DNA from: an uncultured Acidobacteriota bacterium
GTDB taxonomy: Bacteria; Acidobacteriota; UBA6911; RPQK01; JAPXNP01
Assembly (NCBI GenBank): GCA_963777605.1
Contig: CAVZRV010000007.1
Coordinates: 192,001 to 256,000 of the forward strand
DNA: 64,000 nucleotides
Reading direction: 5' to 3'
The notes under the pieces are model-generated. The model did no database searches. It was given only the letters and a program-made list of their open reading frames with translations, and had not been told where the DNA came from. Position numbers and translations under genes: made by a program. This document shows, in pieces, positions 40,068-50,837 of this stretch. Position 1 is the stretch's first letter. Each line of letters starts with the position of its first letter.

Positions 40068-41738
40068 TTACATCTTCTTCCAGTTGGGGCCTCCTCCACC
40101 TTCCGGAGGAGTCCACAAAATGACCTGGTAGGGATCGGAAATTTCGCACGCTTTGCAGTGAACACAATTGCTGAAGTTGACCTGAAGTCGGCTTTCCGGA
40201 CCGTCACCCTGGAATTCGTAGACCCCGGCCGGACAGAAGTGAATGCACGGATGCCCGAACTCCTCTCCGCAGCGACTGATGCAGACCGACGGATCCAGAA
40301 TCTTCAAATGCGATGGCTGATCTTCCTCGTGAGAGGTGTCGGCGTGAAACACCGAAGTCATCCGGTCAAACGTGATGACCCCGTCCGGGACGAGGGGAGG
40401 CTCCTCCACCGGATCGGCCGGAGCACCCATTCGGCGGTATCCTTCCTCGATCGGAAAAGGGTCCCTTATTCCCCTGCCCGCTGTCACCATCTGAATCGCA
40501 GCGTGACCCAAGCCTGCCCAGAATCCTCCCTGAAAAGCCTGGCGGAAATTCCGGACGGAATGCAACTCCTTGAATGCCCAAGACTCTTCGAACCGCGCCG
40601 AGTAGGAGGAAAGACACTCCCGGCTAAAGTCGTCTGCACGCAAGGCGTCAAAGATAGTCTCGGCTGCCAGCATGCCCGACTTCACGGCCAGGTGAATACC
40701 CTTGAGCCTCTGCGAATTCAGGAAACCAGCCGAATCCCCGATGATAATCAGGCCGTCTGCCCAGAGCCGGGGTATTGCCCAGAAACCTCCTTCAGGGATT
40801 GCCTTGGCTCCGTACGAAAGCAGCTTGGCTCCGTCGAGCCGTGACCGAATCGAAGGGTGCGATTTCCACCGCTGAAGCAGGCGGTGAGGGTCGGTACCGG
40901 GGTTCGGTGAGTCCAGACCGACCACGAACCCGAGCGCCATCACTCCCTCCGAGAGGGTGTAAAGGAAGCCCCCGCCGAAGTCTGATCGGTCCAAAGGGTA
41001 TCCCAGCGTGTGAAGGACCGCCCCAGGATCCACTCCACCGCTCGATTGCCAGAGTTCCTTAACCCCGACGGCGTAAATCTGGGGCTGGCACTTCTCCCGA
41101 AGGCCGAGTAGAGAGAAAGCCCGTCCCGCAAGGGTGCCCCGAGGTCCCTCTCCCAGCACCGTCACCTTGGCCCTGACCTCAATCCCCGGCTCAAAGTTGG
41201 CCTTTTGGTTCCCCTCCCGGTCGATTCCGCTATCGCCCGTTCGAACTCCCACGACCTTTCCTTCTTCGACCAGCAGTTCAACTGCCGGGAATCCCGGGTA
41301 AACGTCCACACCGAGAGATTCACAGCGTTCCGAGAGCCATCGCACGAGAACACCAAGGGATGCGACTTGCAATCCGTGATTGTTCAAAGGAGGAGGAGTC
41401 AGGGGAAGCCGCATTCCACCCGATTCCGTCAGGAAACAAACTTCGTCGTGACGGACCGGGCAGTCGTACGGGGGAGGCTCTTCGTCGGTCCCGCTCAACA
41501 GTTCGTTGAACGCGATCGGGTCGACTACGGCGCCGCTCAACGCGTGCCCGCCAACCTCCCGGCTCTTCTCGAGCACGAGAATCGTTGGGGAAAGCCGCTC
41601 TCCCAAAACGCCCCCGTCGTCAATCCCACGATTGTAGTCGCGAATCAGCCGGGCAAGATGGAAGGCCGTAGAAAGTCCCGCCGGACCGGCCCCGACGAGC
41701 ACTACATCAACCTCGAGGACTTCTCTCTGATCGCTCAC
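40068..41738 (-). CDS. ETF-ubiquinone oxidoreductase
   Basis: VGAGPAGL, KGIHLAVKSG, HEEDQPSHL, FCPAGVYE, NCVHCKAC, PEGGGGP. Confidence 0.93.
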   Translation of the reverse strand: MSDQREVLEVDVVLVGAGPAGLSTAFHLARLIRDYNRGIDDGGVLGERLSPTILVLEKSREVGGHALSGAVVDPIAFNELLSGTDEEPPPYDCPVRHDEVCFLTESGGMRLPLTPPPLNNHGLQVASLGVLVRWLSERCESLGVDVYPGFPAVELLVEEGKVVGVRTGDSGIDREGNQKANFEPGIEVRAKVTVLGEGPRGTLAGRAFSLLGLREKCQPQIYAVGVKELWQSSGGVDPGAVLHTLGYPLDRSDFGGGFLYTLSEGVMALGFVVGLDSPNPGTDPHRLLQRWKSHPSIRSRLDGAKLLSYGAKAIPEGGFWAIPRLWADGLIIIGDSAGFLNSQRLKGIHLAVKSGMLAAETIFDALRADDFSRECLSSYSARFEESWAFKELHSVRNFRQAFQGGFWAGLGHAAIQMVTAGRGIRDPFPIEEGYRRMGAPADPVEEPPLVPDGVITFDRMTSVFHADTSHEEDQPSHLKILDPSVCISRCGEEFGHPCIHFCPAGVYEFQGDGPESRLQVNFSNCVHCKACEISDPYQVILWTPPEGGGGPNWKKM

Positions 41739-41782
41739 GGGCGCTCGCTTTCTCGGAGAACAACCATTCGATCCCGGAACGG

Positions 41783-44700
41783 CTACTCGTCGGCAAGCCC
41801 GGGTCGCTCAAGATCGGGTAGAGCCTGCTCCACCACACGCGTGTTCCACGTCCTCAGGTACTCGCGCAGCACAGGATCATCCAGGAACGGAGAGTCCTGC
41901 GTGTAGGGATAGGACGCCATCCCGTGAAACGGCAACGGTCCAAGGAACTCGGGAGATGCCGAATTGGGATCCATGTCCTTGCCGAATCCGTCCACGTAGA
42001 CCAGGTAATCTCGCACCCACCCGTCAGGAAGCGGCGGCAACGCGGAGACATCGAACCGGGCGGCAATTTCGTCTCCGGAACGGGTTATCACGAAGCGGTT
42101 GTCCTGCGCTTCCAGCAGGGGCTTGACGTCGCCGAAACGGGTGTACGCACCAAGATGAACCTTCCACTCGGCCCGACTCTGTTCGTCGTAGGAATAGACG
42201 TTGGGCTTGCGCCCGTCCGGACTGGCAAACTTCGGGAACCCTTTGTAATGCAGATCTGCTGAACTCGCCTGCAGACGGTGCAGCCGGAAGTCCTGGTGAG
42301 GAGCACCACTTTCGACCAGGACCTGGTCCCAGTAGAGCTTCATGTTGGTCACGACTCTCACCTTGCGGGAGGCGGAAATGAATTTGCCCGACAGGTCAAC
42401 AGTCATCGTCTTGGGCAGACCCGCCGGAAAACCCATCCGTTCGATGGCCGTGACCCAGCGCCCCTGGGCATCCTGCACCTGCAGATAAGGGGGGATCAAC
42501 TCGACGCCGGCCTGCCAGGCGGCAAGTGTACTGGAACTGTCGGCATAGTCGATCCAGGCGTGCATTAATAACACGGCATAGTCGGCGCTGACGTCACCCA
42601 GATCGAGGACCACCTCATGGGTCTCCGTATACCCCTTGAAGGGAAGCGTATTCGCAACTTCTGGATAGATCCTGTCGATGTTGCGGATGGCCCCGAGGAT
42701 ATCTCGGCCCTTGCCGTCCACCGCGCTGACCGGAGGACGCGGAGCTTCCGCAGTAAAGATTCGGAAATCCTGGTAGGGCGGACCGGGGAGAAGCTTCTCG
42801 TCGGGGAAGATTTCGTAGTTCGCGGGGTGGTCAACCGCCACCAGTTCCAGCTGGTCGAAGAGGATCACCTCTTCGAGCTGGTTGTTCATGGTGATCGCGA
42901 CCTGGCCGTCCCGCAACTTCACGTCCGAGCGGTTCAACTTCACGTACTCGTTCGTGTCCGGGGTCTCGTAGATGCCGGGGGCCACCAGGTTGGCGTAGGC
43001 GCTGCCTCCCAGGAAATCGGTCTGGAACTGGTAGGACTTCCCGTTCCAGACGTACATGATCGGGCAGCTTGTGCCTTTCCGGTCAAGTTCCTGAATTTCC
43101 ACCAGTTGATTAGCAGGACGGTCGATTTCGGACTGGAGGACACCGTTCGGCCAGAGTATCCGGACCACATCCGCCTGGTTGTGTCGGCCGAGGCCGAAAT
43201 GCACGATGGGGGGGTTCTGGGTTAAGAATCCCTGCCCTCCGACCGTCTCCTGCTTCAGCCAGAGGCTCCCCGCCTTGATCTCCGCCTTGACGCCGATGCC
43301 GTACTTGTTGCTGTTGGTTCCGGTAATACGGACCGAGAACCAGTTGTTCCGATTGCCGCCATCGTTGCGAAGGAGCAACGGGCTGCCTCCATTCACGTTG
43401 ATCACGAAATCCAGATCTCCGTCGGAGTCGTAGTCCGCTATGCTCAGTCCGCGGATCGCCTTGCCAACCACCTTGTCGAGCCCGGTTGAGGAGGAGACAT
43501 CAGTGAACTTCCCGTCCCGATTCTCGTAAAGATAGAGATTCCGCTCCCGGCTCAACGAAGCCTCTTCTCCAAACAACGGTGCAACCAGAACCAGGACGTC
43601 AAGGTCGCCATCATTGTCAAAATCAAAGAACTGGGTATTAAGCGGGGCCACCTTCGACTGATAGGGGAAGGGCTCGCTCTGGAACCGATCATGGCCCTGG
43701 TTGATCAACAATGCACTGTCTGGAGTCTCTTCCGAGGTAATCCCCAAGTCCATGGAACCATCCCGATTCAAATCACCGACTGCAGCCGCAAGACTCTTTC
43801 CCGAACGGGTGAGTGCCTCGGCGGTCACAGACTTGAAGGATCCGTCCCTGAGGTTATTGAAAAGCTGATTGGGGGCATCGTGATTCACGAAATAGAAATC
43901 GATATCGCGAGAATTGTCGAGGTCGGAGGCGACAAAGGAGAGTGTTTTCAGCGCCTCGAGGCCTAGCCGGGACGGTTTCCCGACTTCTGTAAACGTCCCG
44001 TTGCCATTGTTCCTGTAAAGTCGATTAGCCGCCCCCTTAAGATCGTCCGGGAACTTCATCTCGCCAGTGAATTTCTCCGGCTGCACCGCGAAGTTGACGA
44101 CCAGGATGTCCAGATCACCGTCGTGATCGAAATCGACAAACCCTCCCCCCGTTCCCCAGGACGTGTCCCCTGTACCCGTGGCGGCGGTGACATCCTTGAA
44201 GGTTCCATTCTGCTGGTTCTTGTACAGCGCATTGGCGCCATAATTGACGAGGTAGAGATCGGCGTAGCCATCGTTGTCGTAGTCACCCCACAAGGCCTGC
44301 ATGGTCTTCCCGGCGTAGGTGACGCCCGACTTCCCGGTCCAGTCTTCGAAGGTGCCGTCTCCACGGCTTCTGAACAGTTCCCCCGTCACCTTGCCGGTCC
44401 CTGCATTCGCCAGGTAGAGATCCAGGTGGCCGTCATTGTCGAAGTCCGCAAAGCTGACACCGGAGCCGAGAGCCGGAACGACTTTATCCTCAAATTCGGA
44501 GAGTGACGAGAAGGTCCGCGGCGCCAACCCTGAACCGGCGTGGGTAAAGGCCAGGCCGGCCTGAGCCGCGACCTCGTCGAAGCTCACACGGATCGCAGGC
44601 GCCCCTTCCGGACGGTACCCTCCCAGAAGATGCGGGTTGATGTTGTCAATCGCAATCGCGTAGCTTCCCTGCTCGAGGTACTGAAGGCCGACCGTGGTAC

Positions 44701-45340
44701 TGCCAAACAACTCCTGCAGCCGGCGAAACTCGTCCATTTCGGTGCGACTGTCTTCTCTCTTACCGCTGCGGCCAAGTGCCTGTGCCAGATTGTAATGGGC
44801 CGAAGCGTTGTAAGGCTCGGTCTTGATGACCTGACGGAAGTAGTCGACCGCAACTCCGAACTCCCGGTCCCGCATATGAAGCCGACCAAGGTAGTAATTG
44901 GTGGACGGATCGTCCGGATCCTGCCGATTGACCGCCTGAAATGCTTCGATAGCGTTCTTGACATCGTCCTGGTTCCGGTAAATCAACCCCAGCACGTAGT
45001 GGGCGTGAATCTCATCAGGTTCCAGGGCCAGCGCCTTCTTCAGACTGTCCACTGACTGGTCATACTTCTGATCGTAGAAGAAAGCGATCCCCAAATTCAC
45101 CCAGGCCGGGACGAGGTCGGGATCAATCTTGAGGATTTGCTGAAACTGGGCCGTCGCATCTCTGAACTTGTACTGGTCCAGCAAGGCAACTCCCTTGTTG
45201 TTCAAGCGAACGATCTCTCGTGCCTGCTCTGGAGTGGGTGCGGCAGCAAGGGGTGTCAACCCCGTTGGGAGCAGACAACCAGCAGAAAAAAGGATCAGCA
45301 AACGCAATGATTTCGGGTTCAGTACCCTGGCCAGATTCAT
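41783..45340 (-). CDS. TPR plus FG-GAP repeat / CRTAC1 (ASPIC-UnbV) protein
   Basis: Signal peptide, TPRs, repeated DFDNDGxLD, HFGLG...VRILWPNG, SCP-initiated C-terminal domain. Confidence 0.88.
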   Translation of the reverse strand: MNLARVLNPKSLRLLILFSAGCLLPTGLTPLAAAPTPEQAREIVRLNNKGVALLDQYKFRDATAQFQQILKIDPDLVPAWVNLGIAFFYDQKYDQSVDSLKKALALEPDEIHAHYVLGLIYRNQDDVKNAIEAFQAVNRQDPDDPSTNYYLGRLHMRDREFGVAVDYFRQVIKTEPYNASAHYNLAQALGRSGKREDSRTEMDEFRRLQELFGSTTVGLQYLEQGSYAIAIDNINPHLLGGYRPEGAPAIRVSFDEVAAQAGLAFTHAGSGLAPRTFSSLSEFEDKVVPALGSGVSFADFDNDGHLDLYLANAGTGKVTGELFRSRGDGTFEDWTGKSGVTYAGKTMQALWGDYDNDGYADLYLVNYGANALYKNQQNGTFKDVTAATGTGDTSWGTGGGFVDFDHDGDLDILVVNFAVQPEKFTGEMKFPDDLKGAANRLYRNNGNGTFTEVGKPSRLGLEALKTLSFVASDLDNSRDIDFYFVNHDAPNQLFNNLRDGSFKSVTAEALTRSGKSLAAAVGDLNRDGSMDLGITSEETPDSALLINQGHDRFQSEPFPYQSKVAPLNTQFFDFDNDGDLDVLVLVAPLFGEEASLSRERNLYLYENRDGKFTDVSSSTGLDKVVGKAIRGLSIADYDSDGDLDFVINVNGGSPLLLRNDGGNRNNWFSVRITGTNSNKYGIGVKAEIKAGSLWLKQETVGGQGFLTQNPPIVHFGLGRHNQADVVRILWPNGVLQSEIDRPANQLVEIQELDRKGTSCPIMYVWNGKSYQFQTDFLGGSAYANLVAPGIYETPDTNEYVKLNRSDVKLRDGQVAITMNNQLEEVILFDQLELVAVDHPANYEIFPDEKLLPGPPYQDFRIFTAEAPRPPVSAVDGKGRDILGAIRNIDRIYPEVANTLPFKGYTETHEVVLDLGDVSADYAVLLMHAWIDYADSSSTLAAWQAGVELIPPYLQVQDAQGRWVTAIERMGFPAGLPKTMTVDLSGKFISASRKVRVVTNMKLYWDQVLVESGAPHQDFRLHRLQASSADLHYKGFPKFASPDGRKPNVYSYDEQSRAEWKVHLGAYTRFGDVKPLLEAQDNRFVITRSGDEIAARFDVSALPPLPDGWVRDYLVYVDGFGKDMDPNSASPEFLGPLPFHGMASYPYTQDSPFLDDPVLREYLRTWNTRVVEQALPDLERPGLADE

Positions 45341-45407
45341 AGGCGTTATTCTAACCCAACCGGCCCGAACACAGGGACCGGGCGGGGTTGCCGCCGGCAC
45401 GAGGATC

Positions 45408-46052
45408 TCATTCGTACGCGAACAGGTATTCCCGGTACCCGTTTCGAAGGTGGAACGAGTTGAAGACCCGGAAGTGCGGCATCAACCGGTTAAGGTCCGT
45501 CGCCTCGTACCTGGGACAGTCTTTCAGGACGGACGACTGCCGAAGGTACATCAGGTTCTCCCGATCGAGAATCTTGAAATGGTGAGGCGTTTCCGGGATG
45601 TGACGGTTGGTCGAAATCAGGCTGTACATGAAGGACCCGCGATGGACGTGCCTCGACAGGTGACGGATCAGGTGCCGAAACGCATCTTTCTCCAGGTAAT
45701 TGAAGAGGTCCCAGGTCAGTATGAAATCAAACCGCCATTCGGGTCGAAACGGCAACAGGTAGGAGAACACAGTTTCGTAGCTGAACCCATCCTCGGGAGC
45801 CAGAAAATCGAAGGAACTTAGAGCCTCAAAGAGATGCTCGATGTGCAGGCGGCACCGAAACTCCGAGAAGAACTCGACGTTCTGTCCGACTGGAGGTCCC
45901 AAGTCCAGGATAAGCTGCTTCCTGTCCTCTTTGAACTGGTGAAAGAGTACGTTGAGAGCCAGAGATTTCTGAATAGACGAGGGCTCGACCGCCTCGCCAG
46001 TGGGCGTATCTGGAGCCCTCGATCTATTCCACAATCGGGACCGTCCGGTCAT
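45408..46052 (-). CDS. Class I SAM-methyltransferase-like protein
   Basis: ILDLGP, FDFILTWDLFNYL; 4-bp overlap with bactofilin. Confidence 0.65.
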   Translation of the reverse strand: MTGRSRLWNRSRAPDTPTGEAVEPSSIQKSLALNVLFHQFKEDRKQLILDLGPPVGQNVEFFSEFRCRLHIEHLFEALSSFDFLAPEDGFSYETVFSYLLPFRPEWRFDFILTWDLFNYLEKDAFRHLIRHLSRHVHRGSFMYSLISTNRHIPETPHHFKILDRENLMYLRQSSVLKDCPRYEATDLNRLMPHFRVFNSFHLRNGYREYLFAYE

Positions 46053-46564
46053 GTCTTGGAAGGATGGTTAATTCTGACTCCAAGATCTCCCTGGACCCCG
46101 GACTTTCGCTCCGTCTTGTCTTTGTCAGGTCCCGGTACCGGTGCTCCTCCGCCGGAAGCGCGCTTCGACTCTGGTAGGCCTTCCATATCGATGGCACCCT
46201 TGAACTTGGCTCCATCCTCGAGCGTAACTCTGGGAGCCTGGAGATTCCCGTGTACAGTCCCCGACTGGCGCACGATGATCTTGTCTTCCCCGAAAAGATT
46301 CCCCTGGACCGTTCCTTCCACTGAAATCGTCTTGCCGTAAAGGTCCGCCTTGACCTGTCCGTTCTTGCCCACGGTAATGCTGTTGTTGCGCAAGACAACC
46401 TTACCTTCGACGTTTCCCTGAATCACCAGGTCCTCGTCTCCGGAGACATCTCCCTTGACGACCAGTGAGGATCCGATGATCGCCTGCTCACGGACAGGCT
46501 GGGGCCGAACGTTGGTAGCCGGGGGGGTCATCGCAGGCTGCTCGGATTCGTTTTTTTTCCACAT
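46049..46564 (-). CDS. Bactofilin (polymer-forming cytoskeletal protein)
   Basis: IGSSLVVKGDVSGDEDLVIQGNVEG...LEDGAKFKGAIDM. Confidence 0.93.
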   Translation of the reverse strand: MWKKNESEQPAMTPPATNVRPQPVREQAIIGSSLVVKGDVSGDEDLVIQGNVEGKVVLRNNSITVGKNGQVKADLYGKTISVEGTVQGNLFGEDKIIVRQSGTVHGNLQAPRVTLEDGAKFKGAIDMEGLPESKRASGGGAPVPGPDKDKTERKSGVQGDLGVRINHPSKT

Positions 46565-46682
46565 AGTTGAGGTTCTCCCGTTGGATTTGTGTTCTCTTTC
46601 TATAGCTAAGAATGCGGCAAGTCAAGAAACGGAACCTCGCGTTTCGGAGACCGTCTTCCCCACTTGCTTCCTCCCCCAGGAA

Positions 46683-47360
46683 TCATGAACCAGGCTCCAC
46701 GTAAGGGATCGGATCCTGCAGCCCTGCCCGGGCAAAACCCCGAAGTCTGAGCAGGCAACTGTCACACCGACCGCAAGCATTCTCTTCAGATGTGTAGCAG
46801 GACCAGGTCAAGTGCAGGGGTGCGCCCATCTTCGTCCCCTGGCTCACGATCTGTCCCTTGTCCCACTCGATCAGCGGGGTGACGATCTCGACCCGGGATG
46901 CGGGCCGGGTTCCCTGCCGGATCACTTCGTTGAATGCGTCGAAGAAAACCTGGCGACAGTCCGGATAGCCCGAACTGTCCTCCTCCACCGCACCAATGTA
47001 TATCTGGCCGGCTCCGATTGCTTCCGCCCAACTGGTGGCAATCGCCAGCAGGTTGGCATTTCGAAAGGGGACGTAGGAGACGGGGATCCCAACCCGGTCC
47101 ACTTCGCCCTTCGGCAACTCGATTGAACGATCGGTCAGAGCGGAACCGCCAATCTCGCGCAGATAGGAAATATCGACTACGAGTCTGCGCGTTACACCAT
47201 AGTGGTCGGCGATGGCGTGAAAAGCCCGCCTCTCCCGTTCCTCCGTCCTTTGGCCGTAGGAGACGTGCAGGAAGGCAAGTTCACTTGCCGATCCGGCCGC
47301 TATCGCTGCCGTCACACAACTGTCCAACCCTCCGCTTACGAGACAGACCGCAATAGGCAT
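46683..47360 (-). CDS. queC: 7-cyano-7-deazaguanine synthase
   Basis: SGGLDS, YVPFRN, GYPDCR, TWSCY, CGRCDSC. Confidence 0.97.
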   Translation of the reverse strand: MPIAVCLVSGGLDSCVTAAIAAGSASELAFLHVSYGQRTEERERRAFHAIADHYGVTRRLVVDISYLREIGGSALTDRSIELPKGEVDRVGIPVSYVPFRNANLLAIATSWAEAIGAGQIYIGAVEEDSSGYPDCRQVFFDAFNEVIRQGTRPASRVEIVTPLIEWDKGQIVSQGTKMGAPLHLTWSCYTSEENACGRCDSCLLRLRGFARAGLQDPIPYVEPGS

Positions 47361-47428
47361 GCTGTGATTCTAACAGGCAGAGTCACGCGGATTTGCCTTT
47401 AATCCGCCTCTCGTCAAAAATAGCCCGA

Positions 47429-47740
47429 ATGCGAAAGCGTCTGCTGATCATGCTGGCGGTCATCACCGCCCTGGGGATCACCGGCCTGGTCCTGCTCAGG
47501 AGCCACGCGGTCGAAATCGTCAATGCCGTCGTTGAGAATGCGGTGATCCAGAAGGCCCCAGACGGTTACCCGACCGACCGAATACGGGAAGCGTTTGACA
47601 GCAGCCTTCGCACCGCCCAGCAGGATGGCACGACCCAGCAGCACCTGGATCAGCTCAAAGCCCTTTCCCATCGAGTAGAAAAAGTGCAGAGGCTTGACAG
47701 CGAAGAAGTCGACGAAATGATCGAACGTCTGAAACCATGA
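47429..47740 (+). CDS. Hypothetical membrane-anchored protein
   Basis: N-terminal TM followed by a helical domain. Confidence 0.55.
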   Translation: MRKRLLIMLAVITALGITGLVLLRSHAVEIVNAVVENAVIQKAPDGYPTDRIREAFDSSLRTAQQDGTTQQHLDQLKALSHRVEKVQRLDSEEVDEMIERLKP

Positions 47741-47765
47741 TAACCATCTGTGCTACCATTGCTTT

Positions 47766-48902
47766 GTGCTCTGTCCCCGTTGCCAGATAGAGGTTACCGA
47801 CGGTCAGTGTCCCTCGTGTGGAATTGTCTGGGACGCAGACTACCAACCCGAATCCTCACCCGAGACCGGCCCGGAAAAGGCAGTCATCGGAGGGGAGGCG
47901 TTTGCCGTTGGGTTCGAAATGCTCGAATCACGAAGCCCCGAAAACCCTTCGCCTCCCGGGTGGCGAGAAGAGCTGAAACGTCGGCTCGAAAAGCACTCGT
48001 CGAAAAGCAAGGACGGCCCGAGCGAAGACCCCGCCGCAAAATCTCTTGACCCGACCGAAGGGACCCCTGCGGAGAACGTCCACTCTTCCGGCCCGACCGC
48101 CGAGGAGCCTGAGGCGAAAACCACGCCGCCGACAGAGAGCGCCGAGGAGCCTGCTCCCAAGATTTTCGATTATCGGCTCAAGAAGCCCGTTCAACCTCGA
48201 ACACCACTTCCCAACCCGGTCCGTCACAAGGATCCTGTGCGGGTGACTTCTCGCCCCAAGAGGGAATCGTCGACTGAACCGGCACTGAACCGGCAATTGG
48301 TCCGTGACGGGGAGGAAGCGCTGCCGCCGAAATCCATGCAGCGAGACCGTCCCCTCTCCATCCCCCGGCAGGGAAGGCTCAACCTGGAACCGGGACCTTC
48401 CTCGCGCCCCGAAAAGGAGCCGGTTCCGCCCGAAACCATGAAGGTATCGCCGGTCCGAATGCGTCGTATCTCTCGGGAGATCCTCTTCTCCCGTTTTCTT
48501 GCCGGGGTCGTGGACCTGACCCTCCCCCTTGCGCTGGGAGTGGCTTTTTCCCTCGTGGCCGCCTGGAGTATCGGGTCCGATTTCTTCTCGCCCGATTCAA
48601 TTCGTTCCGCCGTGCTCTTGTCGCTCGGGTTCTACCTGTTCAACTCAAGCTTCTTCCTGCTGCTTGCGGGCCAGACTCCCGGAATGTATGTCGCCCAGCT
48701 CGCGCTGGTCTCGGAAGATGGCTCTCGCGACATCCCCGTGGCGTCGACCATCTTGAGAGTGCTACTGTTCATTCCGTCCGCATTGAGTGTGATCGGTCTT
48801 ATCTGGGGCACTTTCGATTCCCGGTGCCGCTGTCTCCATGACGTCCTCTCGGGGACACGAATCGCCCCCTTGGCGGAAGCGATCGAAGACGCCTCGAGTT
48901 GA
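47766..48902 (+). CDS. RDD family protein with N-terminal zinc ribbon
   Basis: CPRC..CPSC, disordered linker, RFLAGVVD, GQTPG, LHDVLSGT. Confidence 0.85.
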   Translation: MLCPRCQIEVTDGQCPSCGIVWDADYQPESSPETGPEKAVIGGEAFAVGFEMLESRSPENPSPPGWREELKRRLEKHSSKSKDGPSEDPAAKSLDPTEGTPAENVHSSGPTAEEPEAKTTPPTESAEEPAPKIFDYRLKKPVQPRTPLPNPVRHKDPVRVTSRPKRESSTEPALNRQLVRDGEEALPPKSMQRDRPLSIPRQGRLNLEPGPSSRPEKEPVPPETMKVSPVRMRRISREILFSRFLAGVVDLTLPLALGVAFSLVAAWSIGSDFFSPDSIRSAVLLSLGFYLFNSSFFLLLAGQTPGMYVAQLALVSEDGSRDIPVASTILRVLLFIPSALSVIGLIWGTFDSRCRCLHDVLSGTRIAPLAEAIEDASS

Positions 48903-48906
48903 AATT

Positions 48907-50835
48907 TCACCGCCCCGAGGCGGATGCGGAACCAGGCAGTTCAATGCGGAAGACCCCTTCGGCCACCGTTCCGGCGAGCAGTTCGCCGCTGTCGGTTCGG
49001 CTCAGGCTGGAAATTCGCGACAACTCCAGGCCAAGATTGATCGGCTCCCAGGTTTCCCCCGAATCCTGACTGGTGAAGAGGTATCCAACCAAAGGATCGG
49101 CGGCGACGACCTGGCCGGACTTTGGTCCGGGAGAGACCGCCACTATTTCAATCGGGAAGATTCCCCGGGCCTTCGTCCAGTGATCGCCACGATCGCCCGA
49201 AAAGAAGAGGCCTTCCTTGGTAGCGGCAAAGACCTTCCCGTCGGCGATGCTCAACGAGTTGACCGCGATGTAAGGCAGCCCCTCCACCTTGATCGCCCAG
49301 CTCTTTCCGTGGTCGTCGGAACGGAACACTCCCATCTCTGTCCCGATGTAACTCTCGCCCGTCTCTACCTCGCTCAGCACGCAGTTCACACCGCGGTCGT
49401 AGACAGGGAGCTTTCGGTGTGTGATCTGTCCACCCTTCCTGTCGAGCGAGAAGAGCCCTTCCCGAGCGGCGACCAGGAGACCTGATTCATCCGCCCCGGA
49501 AAACTGGATACCGTTCACGAAGAGCGCCTTGGAGGACGGGAGCTGGCTCCACGCCCGGCGGCCCGGGATGCCTCTGAATATCCCCTGGGTGGTCCCCAGG
49601 AAAACTTCGTCGGATCCGGCGGCGGGCAGGATCGCCCTGATTCCGGAAACCTGCAAACCGAGGCCATCGTTGTATGGCTTCCAGGTCGCACCCGCATCCT
49701 CCGACCAGAAGAATCCGCCGTGAGAACTGTCGAGCGCCACCGCAGCGAAAAACTCGTTGCCCTTTCCGGGACGGCTCGTCACCTGGGTGATCTGCCGCTG
49801 AATGAACCCGCTGTTGGACGAGATGAAGGTTCTCCCGCCATCGACCGTTGACAAGACCCCTGCATCGTCGGTTCCGAGAAGGATATGTAAGGGGTTTCGA
49901 GGGTGAATGAGAATCGAGTTGATCACTACCCCGGGCAGCAGGCACTCAAAGGAGTCTCCGCCGTTCGTCGAACGATAAAGTCCTTCGGTCGTCCCGACGT
50001 AGACTACTTCAGGTTTCCGAGGATCGAATCGGACGACCCGGGTCCGTTTGGCGTCGCCCGGGATCCCATTACGAAGCCGTGCCCACTTCGCCCCCGCGTT
50101 GACGGACCGATAAACCCCGGAGCAGGCTCCCGCCATCAAGTTGGAAGAGTCGAGCGGATTCACCTGGATCGAAAACAGGTCGCTGTCCCAGAACATGCCG
50201 TCGTGGATCGGCGTCCACTTCTCCCCGAGGTTTTCGGTCTTCCAGGCCAACCTCCACGTACCCACGTAGAGCGTTGAGGCATCACGCGGGTCGAACGCCA
50301 GCGAGTGAACGTTGTAAAGGCTCCGGTAGCCCCTGGTAATGCGCTCCCATTTTCGGCCGCCGTCCCGACTGAGCAGAACTCCCTCGGTGATCCCGACAGC
50401 AACGATCCGGGGGTCGGTGGGAGCCAGGGCAACCGCGCGGATGCTGCTTTCGAACATCCCCAGGTCCACGTGATGCCAAGTCTTCCCGGAATCTTCCGAG
50501 TGATACAGCCCCCCCTGGTCGCTCTTTAATTCCCAGCCGCCGACCCACATTTCGGCCGGGTTGGCCGGATTGATGACCACGCTGTCCACAACCAGCTCCC
50601 GCCGCTCGATCCCCGGCGAAAGCTTCTTCCACGCGCCCCCCCAATTATCGGAAACATAGATCTGCCCGTCGGCGGTACCCAGGAAGACCCGGTCCGGGTT
50701 TTCCGGGTGACCGGTCAGTGATCTGACATCACCACCGAACGGTCCGAGGGGGATCAAATCGGGTTCCGCCTGGAGCCAAGCGGCCCCGGCCAATACCCAC
50801 ACGACAAGAAGGGGAAGCAGTTTCGTTTTGATCAT
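48907..50835 (-). CDS. Secreted BNR/YCF48-like beta-propeller protein
   Basis: Repeated SxDxGxTW motifs; signal peptide MIKTKLLPLLVVW. Confidence 0.85.
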   Translation of the reverse strand: MIKTKLLPLLVVWVLAGAAWLQAEPDLIPLGPFGGDVRSLTGHPENPDRVFLGTADGQIYVSDNWGGAWKKLSPGIERRELVVDSVVINPANPAEMWVGGWELKSDQGGLYHSEDSGKTWHHVDLGMFESSIRAVALAPTDPRIVAVGITEGVLLSRDGGRKWERITRGYRSLYNVHSLAFDPRDASTLYVGTWRLAWKTENLGEKWTPIHDGMFWDSDLFSIQVNPLDSSNLMAGACSGVYRSVNAGAKWARLRNGIPGDAKRTRVVRFDPRKPEVVYVGTTEGLYRSTNGGDSFECLLPGVVINSILIHPRNPLHILLGTDDAGVLSTVDGGRTFISSNSGFIQRQITQVTSRPGKGNEFFAAVALDSSHGGFFWSEDAGATWKPYNDGLGLQVSGIRAILPAAGSDEVFLGTTQGIFRGIPGRRAWSQLPSSKALFVNGIQFSGADESGLLVAAREGLFSLDRKGGQITHRKLPVYDRGVNCVLSEVETGESYIGTEMGVFRSDDHGKSWAIKVEGLPYIAVNSLSIADGKVFAATKEGLFFSGDRGDHWTKARGIFPIEIVAVSPGPKSGQVVAADPLVGYLFTSQDSGETWEPINLGLELSRISSLSRTDSGELLAGTVAEGVFRIELPGSASASGR

Positions 50836-50837
50836 AT

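Noticed and set aside
47361-47420. preQ1 riboswitch upstream of queC
   Set aside because: No consensus, and the -10 box sits 6 nt from the ATG, leaving no leader.
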